DNA of 63,554 nucleotides, the filler included, from Bipalium vagum (lineage: Eukaryota), in assembly GCA_037834085.1 (NCBI GenBank). It is 3 parts of 3 records of this genome, joined end to end, with 100 filler letters (N's around TTAATTAATTAA, not from the genome) between each part and the next. Parts side by side here need not be neighbours in the genome. Positions count along the whole stretch, not along the records: positions 18,390 to 46,759 come from JBBMKC010054665.1; 2 more parts are not named here. One strand, written 5' to 3'. The translations under genes were made by a program, and so were the position numbers. The notes beneath the pieces were generated by a model, which had not been told where the DNA came from, did not search any database, and saw nothing but the letters and a program-made list of their open reading frames with translations. Each line of letters starts with the position of its first letter. Positions within the stretch are counted from its first letter, which is position 1. Positions 23,649 to 38,630 of this stretch are shown here, piece after piece.

Positions 23649-25124
23649 ATGACCCAACCATTAGAAGAAAATAGATTATATTCGTCCTGGAGTAGAACAC
23701 CTGGTAAGCTAAGCAATTCATCTAATTTTATAAATACAAAAATATCTAACATATCATCATCAACTGACAGCGGAGTTGGACAAACTCCTAATTGTAATTC
23801 AAATACGGATAATAAATTTTGTCTCTACGATTCAAGCCTATGGTCAGATAATAGGAATTTACAACCAGATTTAATGGAAAGCCACAAAAAATTTTCATGG
23901 GATGAAAATAGAAATAAAAATCAAAATAACTTTACATTTGGTTTTTCATCTCCTTGGCTAAATAACAACGAAATCAACAGCCATTGGAATGGTCTATCGA
24001 GAAACAATTCATCAGATTTCCTTGGAAATAATGATCTGAATAAGTTGAACACGAACTGTTGGAATAATTCACAATCGATTGATATGGTACAAAATGAGGG
24101 ATTTTTAACTCGAAATAACTCTATTTGGGCTGCAAATCAACCGGATTCCAATATTTCCATAACAAGTAGTGCAAGTATCGACAACACTAACAATTTAAAT
24201 GGTTATCAATTAAACGACCAAATAAACAAATCTTCCAAAAATTGTAAAAGTATTTTGCCACTGGAATCGGATAAATCCGAATTCCAATTATTTAGTGCTT
24301 TCAACAGTTCTGTAGCCGGTAGCGAAATTATTCCAACGAATGATTGTATAAATAAATCGGAAAATGTGGGAAGCAAAACCAAAGGAAGTAGTGAGTACCA
24401 GACATGGGCTCAGGCTGCCGGCAAAGGCCTTCAAACGTTGCCAATGATCAAAGACGATTGTGTGAAACACGAGGTCGATGAACAATTCCACTGCCTGATT
24501 AATAGAATCGATGGATGGGGCAGTCACACTGTGGACCAAAGCATACCGTGGTTAGTTGATAATGACAACGGTGTCGACACAAACAATGAAAAAGCCTCGG
24601 GTGGCAGTGGCACCAATTTGACATCTTCGCAAAGAAATCGTTCCAACTTAGAATCCAATGTCTGGACCAGTGAACCACCGAACGGAGTCGGAGTTTGGGA
24701 GAGCCATTACGAAAATCTCGGAGAACGCACATCTCGATGGAATAGCGGGACAGCGATAACCAATCAGAAAGTCAAACAGTCTCTGATCAATAATAGTTCT
24801 GGGGTCACGGGTGGATGGGAACTTGGGTTCCTTAATGAAGGAAATTCAATCAATACTCAATGGACCGGGGAGCGAGACGACAGTTGGAGTTCTAATTCCA
24901 ACATCACAGCACAAAAACAATCTTGGGGAATGTTATCATCGATTGGAAAACCAGATCAAGCTTTGACGTCCCCTATTGGTACTTGCAGTCGTACCAGTGT
25001 ATCTTCTAACATGGCAGCCACTCAGAGAAACACCAATGCTCCTTTGCCAGTTGTCCCCAGTTCTTCAGTTGAGCCTGTAGTGAATGATACGGTTAATAGA
25101 CACAGTAATTTGTTTCCAAGTCAA
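23649..25124 (+). CDS. TNRC6: GW182/TNRC6 (Gawky) homolog, coding exon 1 (Trp-rich N-terminal Argonaute-binding region)
   Basis: Low-complexity S/N/G-rich sequence with spaced Trp; IDGWGSHTVDQSIPW and NGVGVWESHY resemble GW182 motifs I and II; donor CAA|GTGAGT, phase 0 (492 codons). Confidence 0.85.
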
Positions 25125-26049
25125 GTGAGTTTCTTTTCAAATATATATGTAATCAGTATTGCACTACGGTTAAAATTTTTCGAATTAATTACATTGTCTG
25201 ATTGGGTAGTTTGAGCTTAAGATTACTAGAGTAAGAGGAACTAAGTTTGATTGTTCTTAAAAAATACTATTAACATTATTAAAATTTTTCAAAAAATTGG
25301 TAAACCAATTTTATAAAGTAGTATATAATTTTCAATGTGAAATTTTTTAAAATATCATTTTTAGAAAAAGACCATAGTTTTGTTCTCAATGGTTTCTGAG
25401 AATTTAATTTTCCGGAATCGATTTCTATAGTTAAAATAGTGAACTGTCTGTTTTGACCTTATTTGAAAGTCAGAGAATAATAATAAATAACAGGTTTATA
25501 AAGAAAAATATCGATTTTTTAGTCATAAAGTTTGAATGTTACAATTTTTCAATATCGTATATTTTTCAATTTATTCAATATCGTAAAATAAATAAATTTT
25601 TATTTTTATCAATTAAAGTATTGATTTCAGTATAAGTTTTGAAAGAAATAAATTTTGAGGCTTGAATCAATTGTCATTTTAAAATTATTATCAAATTAAG
25701 ACTTCACATAGTAATAAAATAAAATCAATTATGATTTGTAAATTAATAAAAGAAAAGTATGTGATTGATTTTGATAATTATTTATTTTCCTAATTAATTA
25801 ATTCTTTACAAATTAAATGCTATTTATACTTAGATGGTTTACACTTAATTTTAATCATGTTTAAAGCGTTTTACAAAATTTTATTTAATAAATAAATATA
25901 TGAATAGTTAAATTTATTATTAAAAATAAATGTGATTGGAAATTCAAATAGCTCGATGGTTAGAAAGGGAATTTGATAATTTCACAAGAAAAAACAATAT
26001 TGAGAAGTATTTAGAAAATGTATCGATCAAAGAGCTATTCAGTATGTTA

Positions 26050-26720
26050 GGAATTTGAAAAACATTAAAAGGATAAACTTTAAAGAACAGCGAGAATTAA
26101 CAAGAAATCAAGAATCCCGTTAAGAAATAACAAGTCACCTCTAGGAAAATGAAAATATTGAAATGTCAATGACAACTGTCAATAATGCAATGAAATCTTT
26201 AAACCTTCAAAATGATATAAAGAATTCCTGAAAGACAAAATGCAGACACGGATATGTGCTGGAATTTATTAAATCCAAATAAATTAATATTTTAGATGAA
26301 ATAAATACAATAATGTTTATCTTAATTTATCCATCAAATTAATTATACAGGTATATCTGTGTTATCTAGACACAGAAAAGGAAAATGCTTAATTTAAAAG
26401 GTTTAAATTATAGGTTTTGCACATCAATTATACAAATTGGAATTTTTCCGATTGAATGGAGAAAGAATCCTACAACGTACAAAATTGTATGTTTTCTTTG
26501 AAAAGTTTAAGGGAGAAGGTATGATTAATATAAAAATTGTAGACAGCTGTGCAATTTAAAAATTAAAATAAACCATAGAATTCATATAAATAAATGGATA
26601 CAAATTAATATTTCTTCCTCTGTACAGTCCATTTCTTAATTTGATTGAAGAAGCATTTTCTAAATGAAAAAAATTATAAAAAGAAAATCATAAAATCCAA
26701 ATAAGTTTCAGTGAGTGAAG
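26050..26720 (+). mobile_element. IS630-like / DD37E-type transposase remnant
   Basis: ...RIPERQN...ILDE...IVDSCAI...FLPLYSPFLNLIEEAFSK(W>*)K. Confidence 0.65.
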
Positions 26721-26889
26721 ATTGTCAAAGATATTTCGTGCAGATGTGATCACATCGCCCTGTATAATGAGAGAAATTTTACATGAATAATTTTTTGTAA
26801 TAACTTATTATATACTTTACTTTCTTTTTAACATAATGTATTTTGGTGTAGCTCTTTATTGGTGAACTGTTTTTTTATAGAAAAAAGTT

Positions 26890-27450
26890 TGGAACATAAA
26901 AACCGGTGAAAATTATTACACATTGGCTTAATCAATTCGGTGTAAATGTCTTGAAATAGATTGGGCAATTACCGGACATGAACCCAATTGAAAATTTGTG
27001 GGGTTTTATGAAGAGAAAACTCAAAGGGAGAGAAATTACTGGAAAAGAAATGCTGAACAAGTACATCTTGGAAGAATGGTAACAAATTAACCCAGATTTC
27101 TGCAAAAAATTGGTTACTTCGATGAATATGAGATGTAAAATGATCACCAAGAATAGGGGTGATCCAATTAATTATTAAAAACAAAATTTTGATAAAAATA
27201 TTTTGTACCCTTATAATAAATGTATTTGTATGGTTAATTTTCGTATTACTCATTTTCGAACATTCAAAAATAATTTATGCTTACAATTCTATAAAAATAA
27301 AACAAATATTTACATATTCTTATTTTATATGTCCGGGATAGCTATTATACTTGGAAAAAATAGACTTTTATAAAAAATGTTTTCTTTTTTAGTGAAATTG
27401 TTATTTTTTTATTTGTATTATTAACGCACAAATAATTATTGGAGTATATG
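26890..27450 (+). mobile_element. 3' remnant of a Tc1 transposon
   Basis: IITHWLNQFGVNVLK(W>*)IGQLPDMNPIENLWGFMKRKL...EEW*QINPDFCKKLVTSMNMRCKMITKNRGDPINY*. Confidence 0.8.
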
Positions 27451-27849
27451 TATGTGTTGTCAAAGGTCCTAGTCAAAATTGAATAATGTATAGAATAAGA
27501 CTGTTCTTCTATCTTGAAAGAATAGCAAAAAATTAAATGATTTTAAAGTGAAACGTTAAGAAGGTTCTAGATAGATAAATAGTACTGTCAAAGTTTTTAA
27601 GACATTCTTCATCTTTCAGTAATATATTGCATCATATATCTATTGGACATTATTTTTTTCTTGTTTTAATTTGTCAAAATTTCATTTCAGCTATCATTGA
27701 AATCAATGATACTGTGAGATTGTTTTGCTGCAGGTGTCATTTTTATTGTTGACATTAGTATCGTGGAAGAAAAAGCAGTTCTTAAGTTCAACAAAAGTTT
27801 TGTGAAATTGTCATAGAAACATTTTGGTTGATGTAAATAGTTTATGGAT

Positions 27850-28220
27850 ATTAGTGTTTATCTTGATCACGTGTTTGCTGATAGTAAATATTTTTTTGAG
27901 GTTTAAGTCAGTTGAACAAAATAAACTTAAAAACAGGTATTTGAAACTTTGATATCTGAATTTACCAAAACGGTTGGAATCGTATTACAAATGATGGAGA
28001 GATTTGTGAGTACCAAGAGAGATGAATTGAACTATTTTTCAATATGATTTGACTCAATCATTCTCAGTTTACGATAAGAATTAATTCTATATGTTGAATC
28101 ATTTACGCATTCGATTTTCTTTGACTGCTTTGAAAAATGAAAATTGTATTAGAATGAATCCTTCTGATATAAAATACCTTTAATGTTCACAAAGGATTTC
28201 GCCAAAGAAAATTCTTTCGA
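27850..28220 (+). mobile_element. Possible hAT transposase remnant
   Basis: Frameshifted TRWNSxYxMMERF-like motif at ~27965-28010, preceded by a CFA-like motif. Confidence 0.4.
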
Positions 28221-29529
28221 AACACTTGATTCAATCTTAAAATATAGTGATATTAAAGAACGGAAGATTATTTTTAACAAATTAAACTATTTCCAACCTT
28301 AAACTTGTTTCATATAGTCTTATAATATTTTGGAAAAAATCTATAGAACAATTTATTTGAAAATCTTTTTTTTAAATACCAATTAATTTGATTCCACCTG
28401 ATATGTTCTTTATAAAAAATATTAAATATGTAATAAATGATTACATATTATTGTTAGATTTAAAATCTTCATTGCTGTTCTTTGCTGCTTGAAGTTTCTT
28501 TGAACTTGTTTAACTATTATTTTGCAGAAATTTTAAATGCTTAATTGTTGCTCGATGTTTATCAACAAGAAACATTTTATGATATGTGATGTCTGTATGC
28601 AACACAAACAAGAAAGTTAACCTTCAGATGAAATTGAAAATTCTTCCGGATATTTTCTTGTAATTTCTTGAGACTTTCTCATTAAAGATTTTGCAATTTT
28701 CGGCATTTAAAATATTGCTTTATTATTAAAAAATTATTAATTTTATTGACTATAAATTTTTGACTTTGTGTGGCCCTAGTAATAATCATTTCATTTTAAA
28801 CAGAAAATTTCCAATATAGTCATTATTTTTTTTTAATTCTAAAATTTAATCAATAAATCTGGAAAACTGAAGTATGATAATGTTTATCTTAAGTTTTTAT
28901 CTTTAAATAAGACAAGTTTGATGTCATTGAGCATCTAGGTCAGAAAATCAAACAAATAATTACAATAATACTGGAAAATAACATTGAATTAATTATATTT
29001 TTTCCTTACAAAGTCTAAAGTTCACTGATTTTGAAATTATTAAACAAAACTTTTTTATCTTTGTTTAATCAAAAGAAAAGTATATTTATCGATCTATAAT
29101 CCGAAATTTTCTTAACGATTATTTATAATTCTTAAAATTTATCACTACAGATTTTTATTTGAATAACAAGAAAAATTAACATTAACTTAAAATACCAACT
29201 GTTCACAAGTTCTGAGTCATTTTTAAAATAGTTACTTCAATAATAATTTTGTACGTTAAAAAATATAGCCAATTTTCAGTTTTTCTTCTGAAAAATGCCC
29301 GAGTAATTTTTTGAATAATCAAAATGTAAAAATTATAGGTAAAGAATAAAGAAAAAAGATCAATAGTGCTATGTGTAAGATTAAATTTAAGTGCTTTTTT
29401 CATTTTATGGGATTAATATTTCCAGTCTTTCCAAATCTTTTGTGGACACAAATCAAAGTTATTTGTATAAACTATTCTGCAAGTCAGAATATGACGATTT
29501 TGAAAAATCTTGGATATCTCTATTTGTCA

Positions 29530-30110
29530 ATTGGCTGTGAAAAATATTAATATAACAGAAGATATTTTAAGAATTCAAGCTGCTATGTTTGTAAAACAGC
29601 TTGAAATTAAAAATTTTAAATATCAAATGGTTGGATTGATAGGTTAAAAAGCCTTGATTTACAAAGTTTTATCGTTTTAAACCGGGAATATTGAATTTGA
29701 GAAAAGTAATTTCCAAAAAATGTTTGACATTCAAAAAATTATCCCGGTACGATATTTATAATATGAATGGATCCGTGTTTGTGTATAATGATCTTCCCTC
29801 AAGAACGCTTTCAAACAGAGTATCAAAAGTAGAAAAATCAAAATCACTTGTATTTTTCTGTAACGCTGGCGGCAGTGATAAAAGAAAACTAATAGTCATA
29901 GAAGCAACCCAGATGTTTCAATGGATTTGATGTTTCAAAATTTGTAACCTGTAAAGCGAAATCAAAAGCACGGATAACCAGTAAAGATTTTGATGATTAT
30001 ATTATGGAGGTTAATGATGACATGAAATTCAAAAACAGAGAATTTCCATGCCATAAAGAATGCCAATTATCAAATGTCAAAATAATATTTTTACTAAAAT
30101 ACTCAATGAA
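29530..30110 (+). mobile_element. Degenerate pogo/Tigger remnant
   Basis: NINITEDILRIQAAMF..FKY/NGWIDRLK, DIYNMN, FFCNAGGSDKRKLIVI, KAKSKARIT. Confidence 0.75.
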
Positions 30111-33100
30111 GATAATACTACATGTATATGTAGTTCCAAAATAGTATCGTCTTATCCAAGAATTAAAAGGAAGTACTCCACTTTCTTCAAGTTATCAATA
30201 TTTAAATTGTTTACCTGGAAAAAATTTTGATGAAAGGACTTGATCTTTTTGCAGGTTTAGGAGACAGTATTATCCTACATTTTTAACCAAAGGTCAAACT
30301 ATATTGGATTTCTTTAAATAAAATTTTTAATGTATGTTTTACCTTTGATTTGATTTTTAAAATTTAGATTTTTTTTGTGAATTTGTTTTGGTGTTGGTTT
30401 AAATAGAACCCAGTCAGTACTGGTGTTGCATAATTTATATATAATTTAAAAACATGATTATTATAAAATCTAATAAATAATACTATAAATATAAAAAGTC
30501 AAATTATATAAAAAAAAATAATTAAAATACAATATTAATTTTCAACATTCTGTTTGAAATTAATTGAATAATTATGAAAAGTTTTAATACCTTCGTAATT
30601 TTATAAAAGGTCAAATAAATTGTTATATTGTCGTTTATCATGGAATAAAGATATATTTTAAAGCAAAATCAGATAAAATATAACAAAAAATTATATAAAA
30701 TCAGTATTTTATAAAGTTAAATGAAATAATTTGTTGAAATAATTCACCTATGATAAAAAATTTAATAAGAAATATATTTAAATAACAATGTCTTGAATAA
30801 GATCTACCTTGATAATATATTATAAAAAATAATGTTGGTCTTAATTTTTCTGTTTTGTAAAATGTCTTTTTTCGAAGGATGTAAGTTTCAGATTTTCCGA
30901 TTTCAAAATAGACTAAATATTTTCTCTTCTCAATTCTAACACACAGACACGCACACTGATTTAGACAATTATATGAATGTTTTATTATCTTTAGGGCTGA
31001 TGATGAATTTGTCACAGTCTAATTAGGATTAGAAAATGATTTTTTATATACAATCAATATGGTCAGTTATAATATTACCGATTTTTTTTCTAATTTTCAT
31101 TTGGTTAACTAATATCACAGTTAGATTTATGAAGGAAAAGATTAGTATAGTATATTTGAGTTTATCATCTTTTATCGAATATTTTTTTCTAATCGAATAG
31201 TTAAGTTTTCTGCTCCTTATCAAGTCTGAAAAAATATATGTAACATTCTTAAAGAAAGATAATTTATCTCTATGTCATGTGATTAATATGATACTTGTTA
31301 ATTTTTGCTGGTAACTGGAAAATGAAGTATTAAAAATACTCCATGGATTAAGTTTGCTTTTGTCAATGAATACTACAATTTTTGCAACACCAAAATTATT
31401 GTCTTTCAAAATTTGATTATTAGTGATTAAAACAAAAAATTCAATAAAATCTAGAGTTCTATATTTAAACGTTAGTCAAACGAATAGGTTCTTTTCGTTA
31501 GAATCGAATTAAAATACGTGTATTTTTCCAGCTAATTTCCTCATTACAAGACAAAAAAGTCGAGTCGAAATTTAAATGAAAAAACAATCTTTATAATTTA
31601 ATAATATTAATTTAAATTTAATAATTATTTTATTCCAAAAATATTTTCTTTTCGAGGTAAACAAGTGTTTGATTTTCTTTTTTCCAACAAATTTTAGTTC
31701 TTATTGATTTAATTTTATTTCAATAATTAATTTTCCACTTAATTTTTATTGCTTTGGTATAATATTTCTGCCCTTTTAATGTCGGGAGCATTTTATTTTG
31801 TCTATAAATCTATTTTAAGAACAAAAGAAATAGATCAACGTTTCCACAAAATTTGTTTTTTAGTAAAATGATAAATTATTTTTTTACCAATCCAACTGAT
31901 TTTCTCTTTAAGCATAGTTATTAATTCCGTAACAGCTGTAGTCATTTCCAATACTTAAAAAACTGATGCATATATTCGTAAACAATGAAAATATTATACA
32001 GTTGTAATATTCTAAAAAATTCTCTTTCTTAAATTTAACAAAAAAATCAAATTTGTATCTTATAGAAATTAAAATTTCATTTTCCGTTTCATATTACACA
32101 TAAATGTAATTATTGATTGTCAGTTGATGGATTTTATGGATTCTTGTTTCATTTATTTTCAGAATTACGATGAATTTAGAAAATACTTAAATTGTGAAGT
32201 TTTAATTCAAATTATTTCAATTTTATCAAATATAAAACGATTAATTCAAGATAATTTAAGAAATCAAAATTTTTCTATATAATCGATAAATTATTTTTAA
32301 AATAAAAAAATAATTCGATTTGTTTAATTGTTATAATGGATTTAAATATGTTTTTATAAAAATTATTTTATCAAATATTAATTATTAATTTTTGTTCGTT
32401 TTCCAAATTTTTCATTAAGTAAAATGAAATATTTACATGTATGTAAAGAAAGATAGACGGATGCTATAGTTATTGAACAATATGAATAGGAAAATTATTT
32501 CAAGAAAAGGAATTTCTATATTAATCGATATTTTGTAGATTAAGGACAGGCTAAAAGAGTCATTTACTACGGTGATTTTTAACTTCTGTTCGTAGATTAT
32601 TTTCTGATTTTTAAATCTATAATTGCTTGTGAATTTTTATTTAGGCTGAATAATTTTCAAAGTTTACATTTTCTATTTGTTCCTTGTTCTTCAAATTTAT
32701 TAATGTCGGATGATTGCATGCACCCTTAATTTAATTTTTTAAGACAATAATCATCACAAATAAAATTCTCATAGTCTCGAAATTAGAAATCTGCATCCTT
32801 AAATTTGAATTATAATAATAAAAATAAAAAAAAAAACTAATAATAAAAATTATAAAATATATTAATAATAATAAAGCTATAGGTTGTGATATTATAACAA
32901 TGTAATTTTATATTTGTTTATATATAATAAACAAATGAGAAATTTTACTAATCACAAAAGTTTAAAAATAATATATCAATTTTGATAAATTTTATTATTA
33001 TTTTTAATTTCAATTTTACTTATGGATATTTATAAAAATCAGAGTCTGGAAATCTTTTACGTTAAAAAATTATTACCCGTAAGATATTGGATGAAAATAT

Positions 33101-35853
33101 CAGTCTTTTAAAAGGACTTTCGACCAATTTTATTTTGTTTCACTAAATGAAATGTCAAAATACATTTTTGTGGTATGCACAAAAATAAAAACCTGGTTTG
33201 GTTGACTATGTATTTACTTTTGATGTGTTACACCAATGGCCCAGTTTGCTAAAGCAAATATCAAAGATTTAGAATATTTTAAGCATATTAAGGAATAATA
33301 ATAGAAAATAACATTGTTGATATTTAAATAAAAATATAATGGTCTCCATGTTTTGATATTAATATTTTCAATAGTTCACTAACTTATTTATTTAAACCAT
33401 ACATATTTTTACCTGAAGAATTTCAAACATGTATGGATTTAAAATTATAAACCATACCAGAGAAGCATTTTGTATAAGGAAAGGTTGAATTGTGATGTTA
33501 GATTTATATATTCTTTAAATATTTTTGAGGCCGACAATCGATATATATTACACAAAAATTTTAATAAGAAGAATTTTAAAATTAATTATTATCTGTCAAT
33601 TTTCTGAACGCCAACGTAATTTAAAATTTAAATATTTTAGTTAGAAATCATTGTTTTATATTTTTGTTCTGAATTAGTTACAATTATCTTCTTTTATTAG
33701 TTCAATCATATTTATATGCAGAAATAGAATATTTTTTAAATCCATTGTGTGAAATTTCTATGTAATGGTCATATTTCAAGAAACCATAATAATAAGAAAC
33801 TAAAACTGAACAATATTGAATTTGTAATAAGAAATTTTCGAAGAAGATAGAAAATTTTAATGTTATAATAAAAAAATTTTATTTAAGAAATAAAACATCA
33901 TTGCTTCAAATGTTAACTTTAAGACTATACAAATGATATAAATTCTGAAAAAAATTTATTATAATTGAAATTCAGTAACTTTTGTGAAATTTTAGAAATT
34001 TGTATAATAATTCGAAGGTTTAAATAGAATAGTTAAATATAAGATTAATAAAGAAAAATAGAACTCTTTTTGAAAGAGATCTGAAAAAATTAATGTAATA
34101 AATAATATTTCAATAAATAATGGAAGTAATTGAGTAAAAGCAGTTTGATTACTAATATTAAGAATGGGAATTATCGCTTGAATTTTTAAGTTTATATCAA
34201 AATGACACCTAATTATAAATTTAATAAAATAAAGCCAATTTTAATTACTTGGTTAACATTATCTTTAATTCGAAAATACCCTAACAATCCATTAATTTTT
34301 ATATTTCTCTGTTTGTATATTTGTGTATTAATGTACAAGTTGGTAATTGTGGAAATGAATAACCTGTTAGAATAACCTCAGATTAAATAAAATAATTATA
34401 ATTTGATTAAAAATTCTAAAGTTAATTTTGTGCGGTACGAATTTTTGCACAATTTTTGGTTTTGACAATTAAAATTTTAAATTAATCAAGATGACAACAT
34501 AAATAAAATAATTACTAAACAACAATTATTTGGTTCTTAAAATGTATAGTACATAATAATTGTTTTAAGTATATGTTTAGGTTTTAATTTTTGGTTTAAT
34601 TAATTTGTACTACTTGTTCAACATTTTTAATGATCTCCTTAAATTAAAAAAATTATCAAGTAAGCAATAAAAATGAATTTTATTTCATATTTCTTTATTT
34701 TACTAAAATATTTTGATGAAAATAGTTAAAATTGTTGAAACAATAACAAATCGGATGGTTGGTATTTGATAACTGTTTAGATAATATTTGTACTGTAATG
34801 ATCTATACAGCCTTCATTATTAAAAAGATAATTGATTATGAACCGAATAATTTTATTTAATTTGATAAATAAACAATATATTTATTTAAAAAAGTAATTA
34901 ATAAAAAAATTCAATTATTGGAAATTTTCATATTTTAAGATCACAATTTTAAAATTCATCTGTCATTTCTTTATTCTTTATTTTATTCAAAAATAAATTA
35001 ACCAATTTGATTTTTTATCTTTATTAAATTTTTATTTAACAAATAATAGATTTAATTATCTAAAATTAATGTTCATTGAATTTTGTGCGAATCGATATTT
35101 TTGTGAAAATTTGTTTTTGTTGTCAACATCTATTTGGATTTCTCACTATCTCAAGTAACTCTATTGAAATCTCATTTTTTTCCTAAGATTTCTCATTGAC
35201 ACATGATAATGTTCCATTGCTTACTTGTCATAATTTTCATTTAATTGATTTTCTATTTTGATTCCATTTATACTTTCATTGAATTCCACACCAATAATTG
35301 TATTCTTGCATCAGTGCTAATTAGTTATTTATGTAAATTTACAAATTATGAAATCATTATTTGTTATTAACCATTACTTAGAATTCATTTCTAAAAGTAT
35401 TATTTTATTTTTTTATTATTTCATTGTATTTTAAAATAGTTTTCCAAGAAATGTAATTTCCCATATTGATTGACATTAATTGTCTAACATTAGTATCTTG
35501 GAATAATAAATGTCTAGTATTAAAATGAAACTTACAATTAGTATTAATTAAAATGTAATTAAAAGTTAACACAAGTCAGTAATTATAAATCATAATTGTG
35601 ATATAAGCTAATTGAATTTACTGGTTGGACTTTTATTAAAATTTATCACAACGGTAAATTTTAATTATTCGAATAAATATCTATTTGATTTCTTAAATTA
35701 TTGATTTAGTGGAAAGACGTATTTTTGTTAGAAAATTTACCAAAAATGATTACAGAAAATTATAAAATGTTACCAAAATAATAAAATAAAAGAGATTAAT
35801 TATTTCAAGGTGTTCAATAGATTTAAAATCAAATATTTTGATTTTTGGTATTA

Positions 35854-36055
35854 CAGGGTGTTTCATAAGTAACGGACATTTTTTAAATGAATGATTTATT
35901 ATTAAATTTTTAATTCTATATATTCATCATATCATAAAATATCAGCATGAAAAATTACACAATAAAAGAACGTGTGAAAATTAGTTTTCTTAGTTTTCAT
36001 TTTTATAAAAAGATATTTAAAAAATAAAATAGTCAGTTACTTATGAAACACCCTG
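35854..36055. mobile_element. 202-bp MITE (Tc1/mariner-type ends)
   Basis: Perfect 20-bp TIR CAGGGTGTTTCATAAGTAAC, TA on both sides. Confidence 0.9.
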
Positions 36056-36060
36056 TATAA

Positions 36061-37318
36061 TACTCGGATTTTCAAATTTTGAAAAACAAGTTTATTTTCA
36101 GAAAATGCTTAAAAATTCACTATCTATTTATATTTTATTTATTGTATATGCAACAAAATAAATAGGTTAGAAAAATTTCAAAACCATATATAATTAGTCA
36201 AAAAGTTATATATTCATATTGATTATTTTAGTTTTAGATGCATTTATCCAAAATAAACACAGAAGAATGAATATTGGTAGTTGTTACATTAAGAATAAAA
36301 GAAATGTGAAAGAAAAATTAAATGCAAAAAAAGAAATAAATTTGAAAAAATTTGAAAAAGAGCCGATAGGTGAGTTTTGAATGAAATTTCAGAGGACTGA
36401 ATCTGCTCAGGATGATCTCAGAAATGGACGTCCGGGGAATCTGATGAAAGATGTCAAATGATTAGCGATACCTTTGAATATTTACTTTTTGATTCGCGAG
36501 GCTGGAAATTTTTTAGATATCCCATATCTGCCAGTCAATAGAATCATGAGAACTGTTTTGGAAAAAATGTCTATCATCATTTACAAGAGGAGGATTATTC
36601 TAAAAGCGGTTATGTGAGCAAAGCTGATTATTCAAATTAAAGATGCACATTTAATGAAAAATATCTACTGATGAGGCGACCTTCCACACTTGTGGAAAAG
36701 GTAGTCGTCATATTTAACGCATTTGGGTAATCGAAAAGCCAACTGAATTTCTTGAATATTAGAGAGATTCGCCAAAAGTGAATGTTTGGCTGGGATAAAA
36801 CAGATAAAAGTGTATGGAACTTATTTTTTTAAGATGATACGTAACAGAAGCTGTAAATCTGGAAATGATTCAAAATTTCGTGGAACCATTACTACTTGTA
36901 GAGGGCATTCTTGACTTAGTTTGTTATGTAGGATGTAACACTTTGAAATTATGCAAAGATCGTTTAAGAATACCTAAACAAAACCTTCTTTAATCACTGG
37001 ATTGATCATGGGGGGCCAAAATTATAGGCGTACTCCAGATTTAACATCGTTCGAGGAGAAAAACAGTAGTAGGAGAATTAAAAATGTTTCTGAACTTAAA
37101 AATCTAATTACGGATGCAGTTCAACAGATATCACTACAATGATAGAAAATATGTAGTATGAAGCCAAACGTCGTTTTAAGCTATGAAGAGAAACTGATGG
37201 TCACCATGTAAAGATCTAACTATTTGTATTTATTTTGGAATAAAACATTGTCTGAAAAATAAACTTCAAAATTTTAAATATTTTTTGAAATAGATAGTGA
37301 GTTTTGAAAGACTGAATA
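36061..37318 (+). mobile_element. DD41D (rosa/Visitor-type) Tc1-mariner element, degenerate
   Basis: KFQRTESAQDDLRNGRP, TDEATFHTCGK..RH..RIW...ERDSPKVNVWLG; ~1.26 kb with imperfect TIRs. Confidence 0.75.
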
Positions 37319-37393
37319 TAAAATTATATGAAATTAAATATTTTATTGACACAACATTTATATTCGTTTAGTTATTTTATTGATATTTATATA

Positions 37394-37617
37394 CAGGTTT
37401 AAGCAGAAATATATATAGAAATATTCAAAATATAATTCCATGCAAAAATATATATAGTCCTATTCGAAATTTATAGAAAATTATTCAGAAATATATAGGA
37501 AAAAAAATCAACATTTCTACTCTTGTATTTGCTTTGAAATATATATATATTTCTTTTATATTTCTGAATATTTTTCTATATATTTTGAATATTTATATAC
37601 ATTTCTGCATAAACCTG
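37394..37617. mobile_element. 224-bp MITE
   Basis: TA|CAGGTTTAAGCAGAAAT ... ATTTCTGCATAAACCTG|TA with long imperfect inverted arms; a second partial copy at 20293-20388. Confidence 0.85.
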
Positions 37618-37870
37618 TAGAAAACTTTATTGATATTTAGAATTTTATAATGTTGATATTTTAAATTGACTGTTATGATTTATATATTTGAAATTGATGT
37701 CTACCAAAAACTGTTATATGCGTTTCTTTTGAAGTTTTAAACTTCGTTTTAAAATATTTTTCTTTGAACTTTTGATTAATAATTATTTTTAATTTGCCAT
37801 AATATATAGCATTTTAAAACTTAATTGCGACAGTCCTCAAATAATTAAATTTCTTTTTTTTCTTCTGTAG

Positions 37871-38630
37871 AACATGAACATCTTATCCAATAGTAATAAT
37901 CGATTTCCAACCGGTACAAAATCAAAACAGTTGATGAATACTAGTTTCAGAAAAGAGGATTCTCAGAATTCTCTTTACAACAATAACAATTCCATTGAAA
38001 TGAGTCGTCCATTTATGGAAATGAAAAACTCGTCCAATAATTATTCTAATCTACCGAATTCTTGTACTGATTGGAATATTCCGCCAGACAATTTCCGACC
38101 AAATCCCATAGAACCAGATAATAGCGGAGTGATGTTAAGTTCCGGATATATGCCTCAAATAATGATTCCAACCAATAATAATCAGGCCATTAAAACGCAC
38201 ATGTCACAGAACATGCAAATGCCGATGGGAAATCGTATGCCATCGGAAAATCACATATTATTGGAAAAACAAATAATTAATGAAATCCACCAGCTTCAGT
38301 CTAAACACCAAGATTTGGTTCAGCGCATCAATGGGTTGCGGTCGATTTCTGGGTCTCAAGCCTTTATTACGGAAATAACGCGTACTCTACATGAGGTACG
38401 ACAACAGTTGAACACACAAAATGCCACTCTTAAAGTCATTAGATCTCAAATGTCTCTGGTCAATAATAACAATCAGATGCCAAATGGCATGATGAACAAT
38501 ACCACTACCAATTCGCTCTTATCAATGGTCCCTAGAACACTGCAGCCTTCAACGCAATGTGTACCACTGAAGTCTCAATCGGGGATGGTCTCTGACCTGT
38601 CAGTTCAGATGAACGAATTAAAACTTCAAA
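37871..38630 (+). CDS. TNRC6: GW182/TNRC6 coding exon 2 (M/N/Q-rich region and predicted coiled coil)
   Basis: Polypyrimidine TGTAG| acceptor in phase 0, matching exon 1 (12.7-kb intron); LLEKQIINEIHQLQSKHQDLVQ...RQQLNTQ; phase-1 donor at 38631 (alternative at 38676). Confidence 0.78.

Noticed and set aside
30990-31040. CTGATGA as a possible hammerhead ribozyme core / Penelope-like end
   Set aside because: No stem II followed by GAAA and no stem I/III pairing; no convincing RT or GIY-YIG sequence upstream.
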